Below are positions 33,602-41,384 of a stretch of 56,299 nucleotides of DNA, piece after piece (the first letter of the stretch is position 1; every line of letters begins with the position of its first letter). The stretch comes from an uncultured bacterium (GTDB taxonomy: Bacteria; Armatimonadota; UBA5829): positions 1-56,299 of the forward strand of contig CAYSLA010000003.1 in the NCBI GenBank assembly GCA_964431685.1, in the 5' to 3' direction. The translations under genes and the position numbers were made by a program. The notes below the pieces were generated by a model. That model was not told the origin of the DNA and ran no database searches. It saw only the letters and a list, made by a program, of their open reading frames with translations.

Positions 33602-34720
33602 ATGAAACTGCTTGACGCTACCTTCGACCCGTTTGACCCATCGCCGCACGGCGGCAAACCGATCATTGTGCTTATGAGCGGCGGGGTAGACAGCTCCGTT
33701 GCCGCAATGCTCCTGCGCGACTCAGGCCGTCAGGTTGTGGGAGTCACGATGAAAATCCCGACGGCACGTGACTGCGACTACTCCAGATCGTGCTGCGGCA
33801 TGGAGGCGGGGTATGTCTGCCGCGAACTGCGAATCCCTCACTACTATCTTGACGTGGGGGGGGAGTTCGACGATCTGGTGATCAAGCCTTTTGCCCGCGA
33901 CTACCGCCAGGGACGCACCCCAAGTCCCTGTGTCGACTGCAACAGCGAAGTGAAGTTTGGTGTTGCCTGGGAGTTTCTGCGCGGCGCTTTCGGCATCGAC
34001 GATCTGGCTACCGGTCACTATGCTCGCATCGGAGATGAGCAGGGACGGGCCTGTCTATGCCGTGGGCGGGATCACACTCGCGACCAAAGTTACTTCCTTT
34101 ATGGTATCCGGGCGGAGAAGCTCTCCAGCCTCCTGTTTCCGCTTGTGGACTACTCGAAGGACCAGGTCAGGCAGATGGCGGCGTGCGCGAGACTGCCGGT
34201 GGCGAGAAGGTCGGACAGCATGGAATTGTGCTTCGCCGGCGAGGGTGACTACCGCAAAGCCCTGGGTCTCGAATCTCGTGCAGGGGAGATTTACGACACG
34301 GCTGGCCGTGTTATAGGGCAACATCAGGGGATCGAAAACTTTACTATCGGGCAGCGCAAGGGCATAGGCATAGCCGCGCGTGAGCCGCTGTATGTGGTGC
34401 GAATATCTCCGGAACAAAACTCCATTACCGTGGGAACCGCCGATGACGCTATGTCCACCGACGTAGTTGCGTGCCACGTAAACGTCCTTATACCCGACCT
34501 GCTTGTCTCCGGGACGCATTTGTACGGGAAGATCAGATCACAGGGCGAGCCGGCGCAGTGTGAAATACAAGATTTCGATGGCCGGGAGCTGAGTGTGCGG
34601 TTTTCCGAGCCGCAGTTTGCCCCGACGCCGGGCCAACGGCTTGTTCTCTACAGTGACAGGGAGTGCGTTGTTGCGGGTGGCGTGATCAGCCCTGGTTCGG
34701 CTCCGGGGTCAGCCGTCTGA
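33602..34720 (+). CDS. mnmA: tRNA 2-thiouridine(34) synthase MnmA
   Basis: The PP-loop is LMSGGVDSSVAA. Catalytic Cys regions (PCVDCN…) are present. The length of 372 aa fits. Confidence 0.9.
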   Translation: MKLLDATFDPFDPSPHGGKPIIVLMSGGVDSSVAAMLLRDSGRQVVGVTMKIPTARDCDYSRSCCGMEAGYVCRELRIPHYYLDVGGEFDDLVIKPFARDYRQGRTPSPCVDCNSEVKFGVAWEFLRGAFGIDDLATGHYARIGDEQGRACLCRGRDHTRDQSYFLYGIRAEKLSSLLFPLVDYSKDQVRQMAACARLPVARRSDSMELCFAGEGDYRKALGLESRAGEIYDTAGRVIGQHQGIENFTIGQRKGIGIAAREPLYVVRISPEQNSITVGTADDAMSTDVVACHVNVLIPDLLVSGTHLYGKIRSQGEPAQCEIQDFDGRELSVRFSEPQFAPTPGQRLVLYSDRECVVAGGVISPGSAPGSAV

Positions 34721-35636
34721 CAGTCACGCGCTCCACCAACTGTTCTACATCAGCCCTCTTGCCTATGTCGGTCCCGTCACTCATCGCGGTGGCGGCTCCC
34801 GTCGCGGAACCGTACTTCAGGGCGTCCTCGATCGACTTGCCTTCTTCCAGAGCCCACAGAATTCCCGCGGTCATCGAGTCGCCCGAGCCAATTGTGCTGA
34901 TGGACTTGACCTCTGGCGCGGAGACGTCATAGATCGCCCCTTCATACGCGGCAACGGAGCCACGTTTGCCCAGCGAAATCACTGCCAGCTCAACCCCCAT
35001 TTCGGCGATTTTCAGTGCTCCGCGGGCCACGTCTGCCTTTGAGGAGAACTCAGTGTCCAGGAGCCGCGATGCCTCCGCGAGATTGGGCTTGACCATAAAC
35101 GGTCTCGCCTTCAGGCCTTGGACCAACGGCTCGCCGTCGGTGTCCAGGACAGCGCGCGCTCCGCCGTGTGCGGCAATCTGAATCAGTGCGTCGTAGATGT
35201 CCGGCCCAATGCCCGGCGGCAGGCTGCCTCCGAAAACCATGTAGCTGCTCGTCCGGGACGCGTCCTTCGCACGCTCAAGAAGGGCAACCAGGTTCGAGTG
35301 CTCCACACTTCCTCCGAGCTCATTGAACGTGGTCGGAGGCACATCGGATGACTCCTCGACGGCTATGCACGTTCGTGTGGATTTTGCGATGTCTATGCGG
35401 GTGAGAGGGATACCTTCTCTATCGAGAACGCCGGCAATGAAGTCACCCGTCTTACCCCCTAGAAACGTGATCACCTGGGTAGAAGCCCCCAGCTCGTGCA
35501 GCATGCGAGAGCAGTTGACCCCTTTGCCGCCAGCATCAATCTCTTCCTTGAGCACACGGTTGGTGTCGTTGGCTACCAGTTTGTTGACATAGATGGTCTT
35601 GTCGAGAGAGGGGTTGAGTGTAATCGTAGAGATCAT
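34686..35636 (-). CDS. PfkB-family sugar-phosphate kinase (1-phosphofructokinase / tagatose-6-P kinase type)
   Basis: Motifs seen are ITLNPSLDKTIYV, AGGKGVNCSRML and the C-terminal GSGDSMTAG. The ATG at 35636 was chosen; the upstream in-frame extension is palindromic-repeat sequence. Confidence 0.85.
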   Translation of the reverse strand: MISTITLNPSLDKTIYVNKLVANDTNRVLKEEIDAGGKGVNCSRMLHELGASTQVITFLGGKTGDFIAGVLDREGIPLTRIDIAKSTRTCIAVEESSDVPPTTFNELGGSVEHSNLVALLERAKDASRTSSYMVFGGSLPPGIGPDIYDALIQIAAHGGARAVLDTDGEPLVQGLKARPFMVKPNLAEASRLLDTEFSSKADVARGALKIAEMGVELAVISLGKRGSVAAYEGAIYDVSAPEVKSISTIGSGDSMTAGILWALEEGKSIEDALKYGSATGAATAMSDGTDIGKRADVEQLVERVTVRRLTPEPNQG

Positions 35637-35682
35637 TGTCAGTGCCTTCCCGGACGTTTGCTGTGAAGATGGAATGCACTGT

Positions 35683-35706
35683 GCTTCGGGACAGTTGTCC
35701 CGAAGC
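35683..35706. repeat. Palindromic repeat GCTTCGGGACAGTTGTCCCGAAGC, copy 3
   Basis: Read directly. It is the same family as 26386 and 26463, and is followed by a half-site of the 27830 palindrome. Confidence 0.75.
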
Positions 35707-35777
35707 ACAGCAAAATCGCGCCCGATAAGGGGCGTTCGGTTCCACCGAGCATTCTCAGTTGAGTTTGCCGGCGCAGG

Positions 35778-36728
35778 CTATCCGCCGAGGAATGTCCGCA
35801 CTTCTTCGAGCTGACCAGCAGAGCCCAGGAGCTCGTTTCGGCTGGCGATGAACTTCGCATATTCCTCGATGAATACTTTGCCGATCGGCCGGAAATCGAA
35901 TACTTCCGGTTTGTCGCGGAACATCTCGCGGTGAACTCTTGTCCACACCAGCCGTCCGTCGGTGTCGATGTTGATCTTGCACACACCCTTCTTCGCTGCG
36001 GGCAGGTACTGGTTGGGGTCGACCCCGCTCGCGCCTTTGAGTGTACCACCGGCAGCATTGATGCGCTCGACCTCGTCCTGCGGGACCGATGATGAACCGT
36101 GCATGACCAGCGGGAAGCCCGGGACCAGTTTCTGTATGCCTTCGATAATCTCGAAGTGCAGGGATTGACTGCCGGAGAATTTAAAGGCTCCGTGGCTTGT
36201 GCCAATTGCGCAGGCCAGACTATCGCATCCAGTCCGCTCAATGAACTCCGCGGCCTGTTTGGGGTCTGTCAGGTGGGCCTTGTCCTGGTCGACACTGATG
36301 TCTTCTTCAACGCCGCCCAACTGTCCCAACTCGGCTTCCACACTGATTCCCTTCGCGTGGGCACGGTCAACGACCCGTTTTGTGATGGCGATATTGTTCT
36401 CGAACGACTCGTGGCTTGCATCAATCATCACGGAGGAGTAAAACCCGGAGTCGATACAGTCGTAGCAGGTCTCCTCGTCGCCGTGGTCAAGATGCACCGC
36501 GAATATGGACTCGGGGAAGATATCGCCTGCGGCGCGGAGCATAGCTTCCAACAGAAGCTTGTGTGTGTAGCTGCGTGCGCCCTTTGATATCTGGATAATG
36601 AACGGTGCCTTGGAATCCATATTGCCGCGGAAGAGCCCCATGGTCTGCTCCGCGTTGTTGATGTTGTATGCTCCCAAAGCATAGTTGCCGTACGCGTGTT
36701 TGAATAGATCCTTTGTGGTAACGATCAT
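35778..36728 (-). CDS. fba: Class II fructose/tagatose-bisphosphate aldolase
   Basis: Motifs seen are AYNINNAEQ, VHLDHG, LVMHGSS and KINIDTD. An AAGGAG Shine-Dalgarno is present. Confidence 0.9.
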   Translation of the reverse strand: MIVTTKDLFKHAYGNYALGAYNINNAEQTMGLFRGNMDSKAPFIIQISKGARSYTHKLLLEAMLRAAGDIFPESIFAVHLDHGDEETCYDCIDSGFYSSVMIDASHESFENNIAITKRVVDRAHAKGISVEAELGQLGGVEEDISVDQDKAHLTDPKQAAEFIERTGCDSLACAIGTSHGAFKFSGSQSLHFEIIEGIQKLVPGFPLVMHGSSSVPQDEVERINAAGGTLKGASGVDPNQYLPAAKKGVCKINIDTDGRLVWTRVHREMFRDKPEVFDFRPIGKVFIEEYAKFIASRNELLGSAGQLEEVRTFLGG

Positions 36729-36751
36729 CGAATGCGCTCCTTGAGGTTAGA

Positions 36752-37324
36752 TCAGGCCTGTTCTATGAGGCCGTAGTGTCCATCGTCTCGTTTGTAGACC
36801 ACGCACACGTTGTTAGATTCGGCGTCTGTGAATAGATAGAAGTCGTGGTGGAGAAGCTCCATCTGCTGGGCCGCCTCCTCCGGCGCCATCGGCTTCATCG
36901 TGAAGCGCTTGACGCGGACAATGGTCGGGCGATCTTCTGCCTCTTCCTCAGCGGTTGGTTCCTGCTCAGAGCCATAAGCCTCACTCATCATCTGGCTCTT
37001 CATATCTTCTTTTTCCTTGGGACCCTCTTCTACGGACTTGCCGAATCTTCTGTGCTTGAACTTCTTGACGCGGGTCTCGAGTTTTTCAACCACCTGATCG
37101 ATTGAACCGTACATGTCCGTGCCCTGTCGTTCCTCGCCCCGCAGAAGTATGCCGTCGCCCTCCAACTGGATCTCGACTATATGCATGCCGCGTTGCACCG
37201 ACATCGTGACCACTGCTTCCTTGATCTCGTGGAAGTACTTTTCCAGTTTGTGGACTTTCTTGCTAACATATTCCTGAAGGGCCTCAGTGGGTTCCACATT
37301 TCTGCCCTTAACACTTATCAACAT
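36752..37324 (-). CDS. hpf: Ribosome hibernation-promoting factor (long HPF)
   Basis: The N-terminal domain reads ISVKGRNVEPTEALQEYVSKKVHKLEKYF. The C-terminal dimerisation domain reads VRVKRFTMKPMAPEEAAQQMELLHHDFYLF. Confidence 0.9.
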   Translation of the reverse strand: MLISVKGRNVEPTEALQEYVSKKVHKLEKYFHEIKEAVVTMSVQRGMHIVEIQLEGDGILLRGEERQGTDMYGSIDQVVEKLETRVKKFKHRRFGKSVEEGPKEKEDMKSQMMSEAYGSEQEPTAEEEAEDRPTIVRVKRFTMKPMAPEEAAQQMELLHHDFYLFTDAESNNVCVVYKRDDGHYGLIEQA

Positions 37325-37737
37325 GACTGGGGAAACTCCTTTCAGATGGCTCCGAATTTGCCCATGAAGTTTAGCATGCCATCGCTGCCAGTGTCAAACC
37401 GAACTCGGGTTTTGGCGCCGCGGTTCCTCCATCGGGCGAGTAGTCAGATTCCTACTATTAGAGTTTACCCAGATTGGCTTGACACCATTCCGTGAAAGCA
37501 GTACATTTGGTACAGGAGAACACCGAATTCGGGGAATCGGCGAAAGCCTTCTCCCCGCTGCGAGATCCTCCAAGTGCTTTTTGCCCAGGTACGAAAGTCG
37601 GCTGCAGGGACGCAGTTGGCCCCACAGGAAGTGAACCCCGTAAGGCTCAGTATCGGAAAATCGCGTCCGGAGCCAAATTCTGGTATTTCTCACAGTAGCA
37701 GAAGGGAATTCGTGTGAGGTATACTGGAGTTGGTGGC

Positions 37738-39150
37738 ATGATGAAAACCGTAAGAGACGTGATGACAGCAGGTGTGGTTTCGGCAAGCCCTTCGGCTCGC
37801 GTCCGCACGGCTGTCATTTTGATAAAAGGTCACAACGTAGGCGTGCTGCCAATAGTGGAAAGCAACGACCTTGTGATAGGTGTGGTTACACGGCATCACC
37901 TGCTCGGGGAGCCTGACGACATCGCCGTGTCAGAGCTGATGTCGACCGACTTTACGTCCGTGGACCCCAACGCAACCGTAGCCGAAGCTGCGGAGATTAT
38001 GCGCAAGGCGGGTACCAGTTTCCTGCTGGTTATGGAGAACTCCAAACTGGTTGGGATTGTCTGCTACGGAGACCTCGTTCCTGAACTGGGCAAGACATAC
38101 GATCCTCTCACTGGTCTGCCCTGGTCCGACACCTTCCGCGAGTGGGCAGTTGCCGCACTGAAGCGGGGAGTGGAAATCACCATCATCTTCTTCGATCTGG
38201 ACAGGTTTGGCACGCTCAACAAGCTGTACGGTCATGTCGTGGGCGACAAAGCGCTGATTGATGTGGCCGGGGCGATACGGCAGAGTGTTGACTACGAGCA
38301 GGACTGCGCGTGCAGGTACGGAGGAGACGAGTTTGCCATAGTCACAACACGCAGCTTCGAGGACGCGGAGCGGATGGCTCTTAGCATTCAGCAGGGTATC
38401 GCCGAAATCAGCATCGCCGAGGTCCCGGACGGAGTGCGTGGTACCTTCGGGATTTCCGGCGGTAGACGCACCGAAGAACGCCAGGACATCCATTATGCGG
38501 CAACCATCGACAACCTCATAACCAAGGCCAGTAAGGACTGCATATCCAGAAAGCCCGCTGATTCAGTCGATAGCGTCAGTAGTGTCGGACAACAGCAGGC
38601 TCCGCAAGAAGCTGTCGAGATTGAGGAAATAGTGGCGGACGACTCCGCGCAAGCGCCGCCCCAGCCCCCTCCTGCTGCGCAGCCGTCAGATGCACGCGCC
38701 CGCCGCCCTGTTTCAGGACGCTTGAGTATCGACAGTGTGACAGTAACCACGGCCGGCGCAAGCGTAAAGGCCAGCGTGCGCGTATCTGCCGGCGAGGCTG
38801 CATTTGACGGTGAGGCCTCGGCGTTCAATTCGCACGCCGACGGCATCGCGAGGGTAGCGGCGGAGGCGTGCGCGAATGCCCTGAGCTCGTATGTGCCGGC
38901 CGGGCACGCAATCCAGCTTGAGGACTTTGCGGTCACGGCGATCAGGGGTGGTGAGGAGATGACTACGTGCGTGCTCGCGTATGTGGCTCCAAGCTCAGTC
39001 GAACGTAACGCCGGTTCAGCGATTGTGCGTATGGGCGACAAGAACCGGGCCGCCGCCGCGTGCGTGCTCGCGGCAATCAATCGCAGACTCACAATGTTTG
39101 GCGTCTTACCAGGCGCCGAATCCGATTCCGAAGACCAGGCGGCGCCTTAA
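37738..39150 (+). CDS. CBS-pair + GGDEF diguanylate cyclase with an uncharacterised ~150-aa C-terminal domain
   Basis: CBS region VRDVMTAGVVSASP…LPIVE. GGDEF domain FFDLDRFGTLNKLYGHVVGD…RYGGDEFAIV. A Pro/Gln linker is followed by an unknown domain. Confidence 0.85.
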   Translation: MMKTVRDVMTAGVVSASPSARVRTAVILIKGHNVGVLPIVESNDLVIGVVTRHHLLGEPDDIAVSELMSTDFTSVDPNATVAEAAEIMRKAGTSFLLVMENSKLVGIVCYGDLVPELGKTYDPLTGLPWSDTFREWAVAALKRGVEITIIFFDLDRFGTLNKLYGHVVGDKALIDVAGAIRQSVDYEQDCACRYGGDEFAIVTTRSFEDAERMALSIQQGIAEISIAEVPDGVRGTFGISGGRRTEERQDIHYAATIDNLITKASKDCISRKPADSVDSVSSVGQQQAPQEAVEIEEIVADDSAQAPPQPPPAAQPSDARARRPVSGRLSIDSVTVTTAGASVKASVRVSAGEAAFDGEASAFNSHADGIARVAAEACANALSSYVPAGHAIQLEDFAVTAIRGGEEMTTCVLAYVAPSSVERNAGSAIVRMGDKNRAAAACVLAAINRRLTMFGVLPGAESDSEDQAAP

Positions 39151-39286
39151 CCCGCTTCGTTTGCCCGCAAGCACGATTTCCTCACGGCCTGTCACCTCGA
39201 ATGTCGTTAGTTGCGGTTACTCCTGCCGGGCGACACGCTCGCGTTGCTCTGAACGGTGCGGGTTAATCCCGCAAAACCACGCTCTG

Positions 39287-39316
39287 TTGCCAAAAACGGG
39301 CATTCTGTGGTATTAT
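39287..39316 (+). promoter_or_regulatory. Sigma70-type promoter TTGCCA-18 nt-TATTAT
   Basis: Read directly. It shares the 15-mer TTGCCAAAAACGGGC with the pfp promoter. Confidence 0.55.
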
Positions 39317-39403
39317 ATTGCCTAGTCTGGCGTCGGGGCGCGGATTCCGCGTGCAAGTTCTGGCAGCCTGGTAGACGCAAATCCGCAGCTCGGAGGGATT
39401 CAA

Positions 39404-39769
39404 TTGGCAGAGAAAAAAGGCAAACTAAGTAAGACCGGTAGAGCATCAACTCACTTTGGCACCAAAGATCAGACTGGGCCAGTAATAGAGAACGACAGTT
39501 CCCGCGGGAAGGTCTTCGTAGAGGTGAAGAACCTGTTGGTGGAGTCTAAGATCGGATTCCAGAATATCAGTTCCAGTCACCCGGTTATTATCAACAAAGG
39601 CAGTTTTGACGAAGCCGTGGCGGCTATCAAGGGCGCTCTGGTTGAGACGGGCAAGTATGGAGTAGAGAAGGAAGAGCCAGGTCACGTGGTCTTCCTGGAG
39701 AATGCTCCGAAGGATCCCGGGCGAATGGTTGTTAAGGAAAGCCCGTTTTCCTGGTACGCAGCCGGCTAG
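39404..39769 (+). CDS. Hypothetical protein (121 aa)
   Basis: TTG start with a GGAGGG Shine-Dalgarno 7 nt upstream. A promoter lies about 90 nt upstream. No recognisable motif. Confidence 0.5.
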   Translation: MAEKKGKLSKTGRASTHFGTKDQTGPVIENDSSRGKVFVEVKNLLVESKIGFQNISSSHPVIINKGSFDEAVAAIKGALVETGKYGVEKEEPGHVVFLENAPKDPGRMVVKESPFSWYAAG

Positions 39770-39858
39770 TCCAATATCCCGAAAGAACAAATGACACAAG
39801 AGTGCCGGTGAGTCCGGGTTCTGGAATTGCCGGTTTGTGTCGCGAACATACGTATGAT

Positions 39859-39883
39859 CGGACCGATTGAACAAATCGGTCCG
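39859..39883 (+). terminator. Hairpin CGGACCGAT-tgaacaa-ATCGGTCCG downstream of the 121-aa ORF
   Basis: Perfect 9-bp stem read directly. There is no strong T tract. Confidence 0.4.
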
Positions 39884-39978
39884 ATTCGGCACATGGCACC
39901 TTGAGAGTTCTGGCGAGGATCATCAACGATATGGCCGGTGCGCACGTGCCGAACCTCTTCTACAGGCGCCAAAGGCCG

Positions 39979-41358
39979 CTACAGACCCAGCGACCTCATC
40001 AGATTACCCAGCATGATCGATGCAATAGTGATCACCAGTGCCACCGCTCCGGGGGCAGCGCCGATCAGCGTCCACCAGTAGATGTCCAGGCCGTTGGCCT
40101 TCAGGGGAACGACCGGAGGGTCCACCACCACAAATTGCGGCCCACGGCTCTGCGCTATCAGTTCCGCTTTCACGTATTCGCCGCGAACCAGAGTCAACCG
40201 GCTGCGCTGATCCCGCAGATCTAGCTCCAACTGCGCGTATTTCGCTTGCGCTCCCGGCAGCGACTGAAGCTTCTCCTGTACGGATGTTTCCGCGTTGGCC
40301 AGACCCTGGACCTTTGCCTTGGCGGTAACGGCAGCCAGGATGGAGTCCTTTACATAGGGAGAAGCTCCGGACTTCAAGCCGCTCAACTGCCTGGATATCT
40401 CAGCATTCAGCTCATCTCTTGCCACACTCAGGTTTGCCCTTGCCGCCACCACCTCGGGTCTTTTTTCGGTATACGTCTGCCTCAGAGTTGCCAGCGATGT
40501 TTCAAGCTCCACCACTCTGTTGTATATTATCGAGATCATGGATTTCTCGCTGCCGATTGGATCCTGTGCGTATGAGATCATCTTCTCAGCCTGGCTGGAC
40601 AGCGATTTCGCGTGAGATTCCGCCGCTGCCGCCTCAATCCGTGCAGTGTAGAGATTCTTCAGTGTATCTGAGTATATCTCTCCTATAGTCCGGAGTTGCA
40701 CATCCGGCGGCGCTCCTCCAAGCGACTTCTGAAAGTCAACCAGTTCCTTCTGAGCTCTTGCCGCGTCACTTTCCGCCTTATTAAGGCTCTTCTTCAGAAG
40801 ACTCAGGTTCCTGCCGGCGGGATCGAGACTCAGGGCCTCGACGGACTCCGTAAGAATGTCAATAGCCGAAGTCAGTATCTCCTCTGCCCGGCCTGGGTCA
40901 TAGTCCGTAATGCTGATCTTCAGGTCACCACTCAACCCCTCGCTGCACACGAAGCTGCGTTGAAACTGTCGAATCGCTTTCTCTTCATTCAGGCGCCAAT
41001 GCTTGGCCAGATTGAACCTCTTTATCAGCGTCGTAGCCGTCTTCCTGCTCTTGAGAATCATCCCCGCAGTGCTCGGAGAAGAACCGGGCTGCGGCATCTG
41101 CAGAACGCCCTGCATCAGCGGAAGTGACGGCTGATCGACTGACCCTCCTCCAGTGCCGGGCGCACCCCCGGATGGCCCCGAACTCTGAGCGGGAAACCCG
41201 CCGGAGCCCGAAGGGCGTGAGCTTCCGGGAAAGAGTATGGACGCGTAGGAAGTGTACTCCCGCCGGATCAGCAGCCATCGCACTGTGCCCAGAACGGCTC
41301 CTGCAAGGGCCACGATTGCCAGAATCTTGATGAATCTTTTCTGCTTGTGATTAAACAT
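39979..41358 (-). CDS. Polysaccharide co-polymerase (Wzz/GumC-type chain-length determinant), no kinase domain
   Basis: There are N- and C-terminal TM helices (ILAIVALAGAVLGTV; WWTLIGAAPGAVALVITIASIML) around a long coiled-coil region. It is adjacent to the export protein. Confidence 0.7.
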   Translation of the reverse strand: MFNHKQKRFIKILAIVALAGAVLGTVRWLLIRREYTSYASILFPGSSRPSGSGGFPAQSSGPSGGAPGTGGGSVDQPSLPLMQGVLQMPQPGSSPSTAGMILKSRKTATTLIKRFNLAKHWRLNEEKAIRQFQRSFVCSEGLSGDLKISITDYDPGRAEEILTSAIDILTESVEALSLDPAGRNLSLLKKSLNKAESDAARAQKELVDFQKSLGGAPPDVQLRTIGEIYSDTLKNLYTARIEAAAAESHAKSLSSQAEKMISYAQDPIGSEKSMISIIYNRVVELETSLATLRQTYTEKRPEVVAARANLSVARDELNAEISRQLSGLKSGASPYVKDSILAAVTAKAKVQGLANAETSVQEKLQSLPGAQAKYAQLELDLRDQRSRLTLVRGEYVKAELIAQSRGPQFVVVDPPVVPLKANGLDIYWWTLIGAAPGAVALVITIASIMLGNLMRSLGL

Positions 41359-41384
41359 AGCTACTTACACTCCATCCGGACCGG

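Noticed and set aside
37560-37660. c-di-GMP-I (GEMM-I) riboswitch upstream of the diguanylate cyclase
   Set aside because: Only a GGGACGCA…GCC-like segment and GAAA loops match. I could not form the required P1a/P1b helices or the GGCAAAC element by eye. It is kept only as a low-interest leader observation.
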